Below, in pieces: positions 37,577-48,691 of a stretch of 64,000 nucleotides of DNA. Numbering within the stretch: position 1 is the first letter of the stretch; every line of letters begins with the position of its first letter. The notes under the pieces were generated by a model. That model saw only the letters and a list, made by a program, of their open reading frames with translations. It ran no database searches and had not been told where the DNA came from. A program made the position numbers and the translations under genes. Source of the stretch: Candidatus Moraniibacteriota bacterium (GTDB lineage: Bacteria; Patescibacteriota; Minisyncoccia; Moranbacterales; UBA1568); assembly GCA_016182385.1 (NCBI GenBank), contig JACPGV010000002.1, positions 125,190 through 189,189 on the forward strand. The letters run 5' to 3'.

Positions 37577-38368
37577 ATGCAAACAATAACTTCTCCACAG
37601 AGTCCGAAATATACAGCGATCGGTGAAAACCACGGGAAATTTGAAATTCTCGGTTGTTATCCCGGATATGGTACAACGCTTGGTAACGCGCTTCGTCGAG
37701 TTCTTCTTTCCTCTTTGGAGGGTGCGGCCGCCAAATCAGTAAAAATCAAGGGTGTTTCTCATGAATTTTCGACGATTGACGGCGTCATGGAGGATGTCGT
37801 GCAAATTATTCTCAATCTCAAGCAAGTGCGTTTCAAGTTGCATGACGACGAGCCGATAAAGATTACTTTGAAGAATAAAGGCGAGGGGCAAGTGACTGCC
37901 AGTATGTTCAAAACTCCATCAAACGTCGAAGTGGTGAATGGAGATCAGATAATCGCTACGGTGACCGATAAGAAAACAGATTTGGAAATAGAAGTGGAGA
38001 TTGATAAGGGTGTTGGTTATGTTCCGGCGGAAAGCCGAGAGCGTGAAGAGCGTGAAATTGGCGTGATTGCCATTGATGCTATTTATACGCCGGTCAAGCG
38101 CGTGAATTATGAAATTGAAAACATGCGTGTCGGAAAGCGTACGGATTATGATAAGGTGACGATTGAAGTGGTGACCGATGGAAGCGTAAGTCCGACGGAG
38201 GCTTTTGAGAAAAGCGTTTCTATTCTCGTATCGCAGTTTTCCGCGTTGACACAAATGGAAAAAGAAGGAGGAGTAACGGAAGAAGAAACGAAGACGGATG
38301 AGGTTGTTGTTGCCAAAGAAGAAAAAGCTGAAAAGAAATCCGCGAAGAAGAAAAAATCTGAAGAATAA
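37577..38368 (+). CDS. rpoA: RNA polymerase alpha subunit, lacking alpha-CTD
   Basis: GYGTTLGNALRRVLLSS, HEFSTI.GV.EDV, IDAIYTPV, RVGKRTDYDK; only 263 aa. Confidence 0.96.
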   Translation: MQTITSPQSPKYTAIGENHGKFEILGCYPGYGTTLGNALRRVLLSSLEGAAAKSVKIKGVSHEFSTIDGVMEDVVQIILNLKQVRFKLHDDEPIKITLKNKGEGQVTASMFKTPSNVEVVNGDQIIATVTDKKTDLEIEVEIDKGVGYVPAESREREEREIGVIAIDAIYTPVKRVNYEIENMRVGKRTDYDKVTIEVVTDGSVSPTEAFEKSVSILVSQFSALTQMEKEGGVTEEETKTDEVVVAKEEKAEKKSAKKKKSEE

Positions 38369-38387
38369 TTGATCGCAATAGTGAAGT

Positions 38388-38753
38388 ATGAAGCATAGAC
38401 ACACAGGCCGCGTTTTGAGTCGCGGACGCAATCAGCGACGAGCCCTTCTTAAAACTCTTTTGGGGAGCCTTATTTTGCGTGAACATATCACTACTACCGA
38501 AGCGAAAGCAAAAGAGGTGAAGAGTCTCATTGATCAGATCATCAATAAGGCAAAGGTAGGGAGGAGTAATGCGGATCGTCTTCCTGCGATTATTCGTGAA
38601 TTAGCCGGATATATCCCGGCGGTGGCTTCCAGAAAAATCCTTTCAGATTTTGGTGCCCGTTTTGATGGTCGAACCAGTGGATATACCAGAGTGTTGAAGC
38701 TTGACCGACGTAAAAGCGATAGTGCTAAAATGGCCGTCATCGAATTTGTATAA
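38388..38753 (+). CDS. rplQ: 50S ribosomal protein L17
   Basis: MKHR, ITTTEAKAKE, GYTRVLK. Confidence 0.96.
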   Translation: MKHRHTGRVLSRGRNQRRALLKTLLGSLILREHITTTEAKAKEVKSLIDQIINKAKVGRSNADRLPAIIRELAGYIPAVASRKILSDFGARFDGRTSGYTRVLKLDRRKSDSAKMAVIEFV

Positions 38754-38758
38754 AGCAT

Positions 38759-39175
38759 ATGACACAAGCAAAGAAAATCATGGTTGATCGAAAGTATCAT
38801 CTTTTCAACGCTCAGGGAAAGGTGCTCGGTCGTTTAGCGACGGAGATTGCCACTATTCTTATGGGTAAGAATAAAGTGACGTACACGCCACACATTGATG
38901 GTGGCGATTTTGTGGTGGTTATCAACGTTGATGGTATTGATATCACTGGCAATAAGCGTGAGGGGAAAGTATACCATCGTTTTAGTGGATACCCTGGTGG
39001 TATTACGTCTGTTACTTTTAAGGAGCAAGTGAAACGTGACTCTCGAAAGGTTTTGTATCAAGCGGTGTATAATATGCTTCCGAAGAATAAATTACGCGAT
39101 CGTATGCTCAAGCGTCTCCTTTTGAATAAGAAGACTGAACACGGAGCAAAGGTTATTCACGTGACTCACGAATAA
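38759..39175 (+). CDS. rplM: 50S ribosomal protein L13
   Basis: LGRLA, YTPHIDGGDFVVVIN, SGYPGG, MLPKNKLR. Confidence 0.96.
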   Translation: MTQAKKIMVDRKYHLFNAQGKVLGRLATEIATILMGKNKVTYTPHIDGGDFVVVINVDGIDITGNKREGKVYHRFSGYPGGITSVTFKEQVKRDSRKVLYQAVYNMLPKNKLRDRMLKRLLLNKKTEHGAKVIHVTHE

Positions 39176-39190
39176 ATTTTTTTAACTGGT

Positions 39191-39667
39191 ATGGCAACAA
39201 CGAAGAAGGTTACAACAAAGAAAGCGACGACGACAAAAACAGCTGTCGCGAAAAAGAAGGAGGCGGTAAAAGATGATCGATATGTGTATGCTGTCGGTCG
39301 TCGAAAAACGGCTGTAGCGCAGGTGCGTCTTTATGCGGTGTCTCAAGCTGAAACCATGATGGTGAACAACCGAACAGTACGTGAGTATTTTGGTACGCTC
39401 GCTTTGGAGACGGTAGCGCTTTCTCCTCTCAAAGCTTGTGGATTGGAAGAAGCTTTTAAGGCGACTGTTTTGGTGCGAGGTGGCGGGCTCAATGGTCAGG
39501 CTGATGCTATAAAATTGGGCGTTGCTCGTGCCCTTTTGAAACATGATGTTCTTCTTCGTCCGACGCTAAAAGCGCAGGGATTTCTTACTCGTGATGCTCG
39601 TGCTGTCGAACGTAAGAAGCCAGGTCTCAAAAAGGCTCGTCGTGCACCACAGTGGGCGAAGCGCTAG
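39191..39667 (+). CDS. rpsI: 30S ribosomal protein S9 with Lys/Thr-rich N-extension
   Basis: GRRKTAVA, GGGLNGQA, TRDAR.VERKKPG, PQWAKR. Confidence 0.97.
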   Translation: MATTKKVTTKKATTTKTAVAKKKEAVKDDRYVYAVGRRKTAVAQVRLYAVSQAETMMVNNRTVREYFGTLALETVALSPLKACGLEEAFKATVLVRGGGLNGQADAIKLGVARALLKHDVLLRPTLKAQGFLTRDARAVERKKPGLKKARRAPQWAKR

Positions 39668-39694
39668 TTTTGAATTATTTTCTATTGAGAATAG

Positions 39695-39724
39695 AAAGCC
39701 CCGATTTTTCGGGGCTTTTATTTT
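39695..39724 (+). terminator. Intrinsic terminator after rpsI
   Basis: aaagccccga-tttt-tcggggcttt followed by T-rich tract. Confidence 0.75.
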
Positions 39725-39852
39725 CCTAATGAAATAAGTGTAACGAGAACTTGCTTTCGTTACCGAGTGAGTGACGGAAACAGAGAAGAGAATACCGCGC
39801 GGCTTATCTCGCGGTAAATACCATTTATTTTTCTTGAAAAAAGTTTTTCGTT

Positions 39853-41328
39853 TTAACGAAGGCTGAAGAAATCAATAGGTGGTCCAGAAAGGAAAAGACG
39901 GGCTACCGCGTTTCCGTTATTTTTTTGATCAGTGATGAAGTAGAGAGCGTCTTCTTCAAAGCGTGAGAGCACTTGCAAGAGAGAAGAGGGCGTCGTAATA
40001 ATGTCGACGATATTGCGACGATCGCGGCTGTCTATCTCAATAATTTTGATGGTTTTATCAGTAGAGAAAAAAACATGTTCGTAATCACGGGTCCATTGGA
40101 TATTGGAGAGCAGGGAAGAGAAACGAGCGATTTGGATAACGGTATCCGGTTCTCGTATCGGTTGAACATCCCAAAGACGAGTAAAGTATACGGAAATTTC
40201 ATTGTCCGTGAAAAAAAGAAGTTTTTTTCCGTCATCGGAGAACTGGACGCCGCGAACATTTTTTTCGGTGACTTTTCGCAGGGGCGCGCTTTGGAGGGAT
40301 GATTTATTGAACATGAATAACGCGCCAGAAACTTTTTCTCTCAGGGAAAGCCGGGTATCATCATATACAACAAGAGAATAGGGTTTTTCGGGTGAATCTA
40401 TCGGCGTGAGGGTAATTTGAATGGGAGTGGTTTGATTATTAGCGTCAACGGGAATCTTATATACGATCCCGTTTTCTTTTTGAAGATAATAGATATTTTT
40501 TCCAGAAATATCATATGTTTGTATATTTTCTCTTACTAAGAAAGGGTTTTTTTGTGTAGCTTCCGTGTCAATTCGATAGAGTTGATCGCCTGCTTGGTAG
40601 AGAAGAAAGTTTTTGAAAACAGGATCCCAGCGAGGATTTTTTATTTCGTCGTTCGGTACGAGATCATTGAGAAGAAAAGAGGTCTTGTCATTTTTTTTGA
40701 CAACGAAATAGAGACGACGATTTTCTTGTTCGGCTGGTATTATCAACTTTTCGCTTTCCGGATCCCATTCGATATTTTCTTCATTGCCACGAAATAAAGA
40801 GGCATTTTCCAGTGAAAATACGGTTTCATCGGTCAATCTTTCATTCACATCGATAACATCGACGGAAAAAACTCCTTCTTTGTTTTTGGCGACAGCGAAA
40901 AGACCCTTTTCGAGAGCTTGGAATATTCTTGTGGCAAAGGCAGTTTGGGGAAGGACCTCTGGAACATCATATTTTTTGACGAGGAGAACATTCCAAAATT
41001 CCGTGGAAAGCCCACTATGGATAACTATTTTTTTTGACCAAGGCACATAGCCGGGAGCAGAAATTTCCAGAAAGTGTTCACCGGGGGCAAGTCCGTCAAT
41101 GTGGATGGAATTATTGATGATGCCAAGGCGTTTTTGAGGAACAAGTTCTCCGTTAATGCGGATATCAACCGTTTCAGGAGTGGATTTGACGGTTACTGAT
41201 CCGGTGTAGATAAAAATACCTCGTTCCAAGTTGAAGCGGTATCCAAACGCATTAAAAAGCGTCAGACCGGCAGTGACGAAAAAAGAAAAAGAAAATAAAC
41301 AAAAAAGAATGAATCGTCCTCGTTTCAT
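39853..41328 (-). CDS. PEGA-domain membrane-anchored protein with beta-propeller-like C-region
   Basis: N-terminal TM, TGSVTVKSTP, LAPGEHFLEISAPGYVPWSK, repeated WDP/FSDDGKK blades. Confidence 0.8.
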   Translation of the reverse strand: MKRGRFILFCLFSFSFFVTAGLTLFNAFGYRFNLERGIFIYTGSVTVKSTPETVDIRINGELVPQKRLGIINNSIHIDGLAPGEHFLEISAPGYVPWSKKIVIHSGLSTEFWNVLLVKKYDVPEVLPQTAFATRIFQALEKGLFAVAKNKEGVFSVDVIDVNERLTDETVFSLENASLFRGNEENIEWDPESEKLIIPAEQENRRLYFVVKKNDKTSFLLNDLVPNDEIKNPRWDPVFKNFLLYQAGDQLYRIDTEATQKNPFLVRENIQTYDISGKNIYYLQKENGIVYKIPVDANNQTTPIQITLTPIDSPEKPYSLVVYDDTRLSLREKVSGALFMFNKSSLQSAPLRKVTEKNVRGVQFSDDGKKLLFFTDNEISVYFTRLWDVQPIREPDTVIQIARFSSLLSNIQWTRDYEHVFFSTDKTIKIIEIDSRDRRNIVDIITTPSSLLQVLSRFEEDALYFITDQKNNGNAVARLFLSGPPIDFFSLR

Positions 41329-41443
41329 AATGTTTGTATAATAGCACTTATGGCTTAAAAAAGCAATTTTTTAACTTTTTTGATAATATTTTTTTGACAG
41401 CATGTTTCGGGACGTGTACACTGGCGGTGTTTTGTAGAAACGT

Positions 41444-41938
41444 ATGATTGATATTTTTTCGATTCTTCATCTTCCGAAAAATATTGCGGGCGACATTTCC
41501 CTCTTGCTTCTTTTTGTGGTGATCAGCCTTGTTTTTGGTTTCATTTTTGGTCGTTGGAAACTTATTAATATTCTCATCAATGTGTATATCGCCATTGCCT
41601 TCATGAGTGTTTTTCCGGCGCAATTTTTCGCTTTTTCCGCGTATGGAAAAGCCGTTGTTTTTCTTCTTCTTTTGGTGACTCTTTCCTTCGTTGATAAACG
41701 ATTGTTTGATTTACATATTTCTAGCGCTGGAACAGATTTTTTTTGGCGCCTATTTGTCACGAGTATTTTGGTGGCGGGTATGGTAGTGAGTGCGACCCTT
41801 TCTTTTTTGCCAAAAGGAGTAGCCTTAGATTTGATCTCTAGTGTGGTATATGAATATTTTGCTTCTCCTTTGGCGGTAATTTTTTGGATGATTGTCCCGC
41901 TTCTTTCCCTTCTTTTTATCAATAATCGACTGAAGTAA
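41444..41938 (+). CDS. Multi-TM membrane protein (possibly CvpA-like)
   Basis: Several hydrophobic helices over 164 aa. Confidence 0.7.
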   Translation: MIDIFSILHLPKNIAGDISLLLLFVVISLVFGFIFGRWKLINILINVYIAIAFMSVFPAQFFAFSAYGKAVVFLLLLVTLSFVDKRLFDLHISSAGTDFFWRLFVTSILVAGMVVSATLSFLPKGVALDLISSVVYEYFASPLAVIFWMIVPLLSLLFINNRLK

Positions 41939-42038
41939 TTGTTCGCGGGATGGACGTTTGAAAAAAACCTTTTAATAAAGGATTTTTTGTAACTTTTTTT
42001 CTTTCTTGTTTGCAAAAAACAAGAAGCCTTTTTTGCCC

Positions 42039-42142
42039 TTGACAGAGCATACAAACTTGCTATACTAGACAAGCAATCTAAATGTAAATAGATTGCTTTT
42101 GTTTCTTTTTGTTTTTACAAAAAGGGTGAGCACTTTAACAAT
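42039..42142 (+). promoter_or_regulatory. rRNA promoter and boxA-like site
   Basis: TTGACA-16-TATACT (42039-42066); gcactttaacaa at 42130. Confidence 0.75.
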
Positions 42143-42310
42143 TGAGCCAAAACAATAAAATTAATCGCAATTTTTTGCGGTTAGTCCTCACTTGGAAATC
42201 GCTTCGGCGATGGAAGAGTGATTACGGAAACTCTATTCTACAATGAATCTGAAATCTTTTTGAGTGAGATATATCAAAGAGAGTTTGAGCAATCAAATGA
42301 TTCGCATATC

Positions 42311-43808
<1,498 letters not shown>

Positions 43809-44004
43809 TAGGGAGTAAATGGTGTACATGTTACTTGTATCTTCGGATAGAAGTAACCAAGAGTTGAGAGTCAATCTCAAATTCTTAACCAATTATGGTC
43901 GCTCATTACGATTTAGTTGTCAGCGTTTCGACAAAGACAACCGTAGTAATGAAACATAATTTAGAGTTACGTAATAGAAGGACTAGCCGCAAAAGTTTGT
44001 GAAT

Positions 44005-44039
44005 AAAAAACACCTTTTATTTGAGGTGTTTTTTGTTTT
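44005..44039 (+). terminator. Terminator downstream of 16S
   Basis: aaaaaacacctt-ttattt-gaggtgtttttt. Confidence 0.7.
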
Positions 44040-44278
44040 AGTTTGCTGGAAAATGAGTTAATTCGTTTTGGATAAAAAGAGTGCTTGCTTATGGTTTCGA
44101 AAGAACGACTAGAAAAATTTAAACAACTTTTTTAATATGATCTAATATAGTCAAAATATAAGGAAAAATGATATAAAAATTATGGCTTATTATAAACATA
44201 TATATAAAAAATTGAATACATTATTGATTTATTATATCAAAAATGATATAATTAAGGTATAAAAATGATATAAAACTT

Positions 44279-45346
44279 ATGCCAAAAATTACCAGCAATA
44301 AACTAAACGAACGGCAAAACGTTATATTAGTTTTTATCGAAGACAGTAAATCTGTTTCAATTGGACAGATTTTTGAGCATATCCAAAATGGTTTTGAGAA
44401 GATTACGAGGATAACTGTTTCAAGAGATTTGGAAAAATTGCTAAACATCAATTTAATTGAAAAACAAGGAAAATCAAAAAGAACTATCGTTTATCGGATT
44501 TCGTCCCAGTATTCGATGCTGAAAAAAATTGATGTTGAAAAATATTTTGCTCAAGATGTTGACCAACGAAAAATCAGAGAAACTTTTAACTTTGATATTT
44601 TTAGTCAATTGAAAGATATTTTCACTGAGACTGAAAAAAACAGACTCTCAGAGCTGAATGATATTTACCGAGATAAGATAAAGGACATTGCACCAGATGC
44701 TTTTAGAAAGGAAATTGAGAGACTAAATATCGATTTTAGCTGGAAGTCTTCCAAGATTGAGGGTAATACTTACAGTTTGCTAGAAACCGAACAGCTTATC
44801 AAAAACCAGCAAGAAGCCTCAGGTCATACCAAGGAGGAGGCCGTGATGATTTTGAATCACAAGAAGACTCTGGACTATATTGGAAATAATAAAAAGGATT
44901 TCCAATTGGTATCTGTTGCTAAGATTGAAAATGTCCATTCTTTTCTGGTAGATGGTTTGAACGTGACCAAAAATTTGAGAAAAAGTTTGGTAGGAATAAC
45001 TGGCACGAATTACAAGCCATTGGATAATGAATTCCAAATCAGAGAGGCTTTAGAAAAGACTTGTCAAACAGTCAATGAAACAAAAAACGTTTTTGAAAAA
45101 GCGGTGATTTTGATGTTGCTTATCGCATATATCCAGCCGTTTGTTGATGGCAATAAAAGAACGAGTCGTTTAAGTGGCAATGCCGTTTTGCAATCGTTTG
45201 ATTCCTGTCCGCTTTCGTATCGCAGTATGGACGAAATTGAATACAAAAAGGCGATTTTACTATTCTATGAGCAGAATAATATCTCATACTTCAAGGAATT
45301 GTTCTTGAAGCAGTTTGAGTTTGCTGTGGAAAATTACTTCGGATGA
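44279..45346 (+). CDS. Fic-family protein with N-terminal HTH and non-canonical active site
   Basis: ITVSRDLEKL HTH, SSKIEGN inhibitory-helix motif, YIQPFVDGNKRTSR. Confidence 0.9.
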   Translation: MPKITSNKLNERQNVILVFIEDSKSVSIGQIFEHIQNGFEKITRITVSRDLEKLLNINLIEKQGKSKRTIVYRISSQYSMLKKIDVEKYFAQDVDQRKIRETFNFDIFSQLKDIFTETEKNRLSELNDIYRDKIKDIAPDAFRKEIERLNIDFSWKSSKIEGNTYSLLETEQLIKNQQEASGHTKEEAVMILNHKKTLDYIGNNKKDFQLVSVAKIENVHSFLVDGLNVTKNLRKSLVGITGTNYKPLDNEFQIREALEKTCQTVNETKNVFEKAVILMLLIAYIQPFVDGNKRTSRLSGNAVLQSFDSCPLSYRSMDEIEYKKAILLFYEQNNISYFKELFLKQFEFAVENYFG

Positions 45347-45437
45347 AAACAAAAAAATTCCTAAAGGTTTTTTTATCTATTCGAACATAATCAATGTTAT
45401 ATTGTTGGTGAATAATACCTCAATATGAAACAGTGAT

Positions 45438-46382
45438 ATGAATCAGGAAAAATTGGGGAGAAAACTGGTCAAAGGGGAATTATTTGATTTGATGTTATAT
45501 AGAGCGCTTCAGAAACAAACGCGAGGTGATCTGGCGAGTCTTTTTGATGAACTCATTCCCGTGGAGGAGCGACATTATGCTTTTTGGGAAAATTTTTTTC
45601 AGATACATGATATTCGTTTGAGTTTGTTGGATCGATTTCGAATCTGGTTTTTCAAGTTTTTTTGTCGGATATTTGGGACAGCAGGAGTCAATCTTCTTCT
45701 TGAAGCGATAGAAATCAATGGTATAAAAAAATATCTCGCGGTTTGGGAGCTGTATAAAAATGAACCAGTAGGGGTTGCTGTTCGTAACATTCTTGACGAT
45801 GAGTTTCGTCATGAAGACGCGATTATTTCTGATAAGATTGATCGAAAAATTCACCCGGAAAGAATTAGAAATGTTTTTTTGGGATTAAATGATGGTTTGG
45901 TAGAAATTCTCGGCGCGGTAAGTGGATTTTTTATAGCGTTTCAAACACTTCCTCTGGTATTGGTGGCGTCATGTACCGTGGCCATCGCAGGTGCGTTTTC
46001 AATGGCGGCCGGCGCTTTTGTGGCTGTTGGAGCAGAACGTGAAGCAGAAGGAGTAGAAAGAAGTAAAAAACGATACTTAGGAGAAGGAGAGGAAAATACG
46101 CGGTCGGAGCGTCCTTTAGGGGCAGCAATCTTGGTTGGCGCCTCATATCTTTTTGGGGCGGCAATACCGATTGTACCAGTGTTTTTTGGATCGGAAAGTG
46201 TGGTTGTATCAATGGTTGTTTCTGGTATTATCGTTTCCATTGTATCGATGATCCTTTCTTTTCTTTCCGGCATGGATATAAGGCGTCGTGTAGCTACCAA
46301 TCTCGTTATCATTGCTCTTGCCGTTGGCGTGACGGCATTTATTGGATATGGAGCGCGATTATTGTTTGGTGTAGAAGTGTAA
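45438..46382 (+). CDS. VIT1/CCC1 metal transporter with N-terminal ferritin-like domain
   Basis: E..H pairs (VEERH, DEFRHE), RNVFLGLNDGLVE, AGAFSMAAG. Confidence 0.88.
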   Translation: MNQEKLGRKLVKGELFDLMLYRALQKQTRGDLASLFDELIPVEERHYAFWENFFQIHDIRLSLLDRFRIWFFKFFCRIFGTAGVNLLLEAIEINGIKKYLAVWELYKNEPVGVAVRNILDDEFRHEDAIISDKIDRKIHPERIRNVFLGLNDGLVEILGAVSGFFIAFQTLPLVLVASCTVAIAGAFSMAAGAFVAVGAEREAEGVERSKKRYLGEGEENTRSERPLGAAILVGASYLFGAAIPIVPVFFGSESVVVSMVVSGIIVSIVSMILSFLSGMDIRRRVATNLVIIALAVGVTAFIGYGARLLFGVEV

Positions 46383-46419
46383 TCGGGACACTACCTTTCT
46401 TCGTGATATAATAAACGAT

Positions 46420-47841
46420 ATGTCACGAAAGGAAAAACAGCATCGGCAGAAACAATTTTTGCGGCGTTTGTTTCGTCTCCATCTGGTATTGACGGCAATT
46501 TTTCTTGGCGGGTATTTTTCTGTTGTTTTGTTTGATCCGGGATTTTTTTCTTATGATATCCGACAAAAATATCGTCTTTTCGCTGACGATATTGTCGTAT
46601 CGGCTGTTGTGCTTGGACCACCTGCGACACCGGTAGTGACAGCTACTTCGATATGCAATACTTCTACTGGAACGTTGAGCGTATCGCTTGATTGGGCTGA
46701 TGATCCAAATACGTATACTTATGATATCGATCGTGATAGTCTCCCCCTTGTCAGCGGCCTTTCCGCTTCTTCTTATAGTGATACGACTGTTTCACTGGCT
46801 ACGACGTATTCGTATGTTGTCACGGCCAATGGTCCTATGGGTCCGGGGTTTGCCGCATCCGCGCCGGTGTCTGTCACCACACACTCCGAATGTGAAATCA
46901 CCGCGCCCACCCCGACGGTAACAATCACTTCTTTTGATGGAAGTAGCGTTGGTTCGTATGATGGTATGCCACGGGTAAGTCACCGGCGACCGAAATTTGC
47001 CGGAACAACCAATATTCCCAATGCGACGATACAGGTAGTTGTCGGTCCGCTTTCCAGTATTGCTATTCAGTTTTCCGCCAATGCTAATGGATATTGGGAA
47101 TGGCGTCCGACATCAGGACTCCCCACTGGAACGCAAACATTTACGGTGACAGCGATTGATCCGCTTGATAATGCTCGACAGGCCAGTACATCGCTTCAAT
47201 TTGGTATCAAGAAACGCGATGACGAGGGCGGTGGTGGATCGACGCCTCTTATAGTGACCACGCCATCAAAAGGAGGTATTTCTGAAAAACCGGCAACGGC
47301 GCCACTTGATTTTTCTCTTTCTATCGAAAATGAAAACGACGAGGTACTGCAGGGTGGTGAAATTCGATCACGCATTGTTATCAAAAAGGTTGTTCAGCAG
47401 TATGATGGACAGACGGTTCCTATCCGCTATCGATTTTTAGATAAACAAGGAAACACGATACGCTCTTTTTTGCATGAAGGAAAATTGAAACGGGGACAAA
47501 TTATAGAAGAAACATTTGCCGTGCCCCTCTACGTCGCTTCCGGCGCGTATTCTCTACAAGCAGAAATAATGCTTGATGACATCATCGTCAGTCGCATGAA
47601 TGGTTTTTTGATTATTGAGCTTCCGTTGGTCCAGCTTGGTGGCGGGGTGACAATTTCTTACGCAGAAATAATGCATCAATTTGGATGGATATCACTCCTT
47701 CTCCTTCTCTCGTTTCTTTTGTGGATTTTTATGTTTTTGCGTGAGTATTGGATGTATTTGCATGCTTTTCGACATGTCGCTGAAGAACAGCTAAAAAAAG
47801 CGGGTTTTTTGACCCGTAAAAGAAAGGGGGTGGCACGATGA
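46420..47841 (+). CDS. Surface protein with FN3/Ig-like domains and TM anchors
   Basis: YSDTTVSLATTYSYVVTA FN3-like, RPKFAGT/ANANGYWEW Ig-like, N- and C-terminal TM. Confidence 0.8.
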   Translation: MSRKEKQHRQKQFLRRLFRLHLVLTAIFLGGYFSVVLFDPGFFSYDIRQKYRLFADDIVVSAVVLGPPATPVVTATSICNTSTGTLSVSLDWADDPNTYTYDIDRDSLPLVSGLSASSYSDTTVSLATTYSYVVTANGPMGPGFAASAPVSVTTHSECEITAPTPTVTITSFDGSSVGSYDGMPRVSHRRPKFAGTTNIPNATIQVVVGPLSSIAIQFSANANGYWEWRPTSGLPTGTQTFTVTAIDPLDNARQASTSLQFGIKKRDDEGGGGSTPLIVTTPSKGGISEKPATAPLDFSLSIENENDEVLQGGEIRSRIVIKKVVQQYDGQTVPIRYRFLDKQGNTIRSFLHEGKLKRGQIIEETFAVPLYVASGAYSLQAEIMLDDIIVSRMNGFLIIELPLVQLGGGVTISYAEIMHQFGWISLLLLLSFLLWIFMFLREYWMYLHAFRHVAEEQLKKAGFLTRKRKGVAR

Positions 47842-48152
47842 CAACGGTGAAGATTCTTTTTATCGGAATGGATTCGGTGACCATAGCGATTTTTATGCTC
47901 ATTCTTGTTTTTTCCATCGGTATCGTATGGCGCGTGGAAAAAGAGCTTGATTTGTCGTACAAGTTTTTTGTGTTGGCGGCTGGATGTTTGACGTTGGCGG
48001 AAATTCTTGGGTTTTATGCTCATCCACCTTTTGAGCTGGTGGCTTTTGACAAGGGGTTACGATTGGGAGGAGCAATTTTTCTTCTTGTAAGTGTTTTTCT
48101 GATGAGGGATCTTATTCGGAAATTAGATGGTGAAAAGGAGCCAAGAAAATAA
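47838..48152 (+). CDS. Small three-TM protein
   Basis: Hydrophobic ORF overlapping upstream stop by 4 nt. Confidence 0.7.
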   Translation: MTTVKILFIGMDSVTIAIFMLILVFSIGIVWRVEKELDLSYKFFVLAAGCLTLAEILGFYAHPPFELVAFDKGLRLGGAIFLLVSVFLMRDLIRKLDGEKEPRK

Positions 48153-48203
48153 ACACTTGAAATAAAAACCCGCCGTGGCATTGCCCGGCGGGTTGTTGTT
48201 TTT

Positions 48204-48560
48204 TTAGAAGGTTATCTCGCGGAATTCCGTGAGATAATATTCGTCTTTTACTGCTACTTTTTTTATTATGAAGTAAGCTCCTTTCTTAAAGCTTACTTGG
48301 GCCCCCAGGATCGAATCAATGAATGCCTGGGCTTCTTCACAGTTTTTAGCAACTTTTTTTTCTTTTAGGAGAACGATAAATCCCCTCTTTGTTCTTTTTT
48401 TTCTCAAGATTCCTACTCTGTGGAGGGGATTGTTCCCCAGGAATATCACCCGAAGTCGATTTCCGACTTCGAAAAGCTCTGGCCCCCTCCTTGTTCGAAA
48501 ATTCGAACTTCTGAGGCACAAAATCGGGTGCCCCAGATTAAATGGTAGTACTTTTTCCAT
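48204..48560 (-). CDS. Basic hypothetical protein with its own promoter
   Basis: TTGACA-17-TATAAA and aggagg upstream of MEKVLPF; hairpin terminator at 48165-48203. Confidence 0.7.
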   Translation of the reverse strand: MEKVLPFNLGHPILCLRSSNFRTRRGPELFEVGNRLRVIFLGNNPLHRVGILRKKRTKRGFIVLLKEKKVAKNCEEAQAFIDSILGAQVSFKKGAYFIIKKVAVKDEYYLTEFREITF

Positions 48561-48691
48561 CTTTCCTCCTTTTTGAGTTGTTAAAAAAACAATAACTTTA
48601 TTTATAGCAAGAATAGGTTTATTTGTCAATGGCGCAAGGTTGATTTATTTTATAAAAGATGCTATTGTAGAAGGAATAAAAATGCTATTTT

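Noticed and set aside
39738-39820. Small hairpins after the rpsI terminator (taacga...tcgtta, taccgcg...cgcggta, gagtgagtga)
   Set aside because: No second copy found in the window and no tRNA link; insufficient support for a repeat or RNA call.
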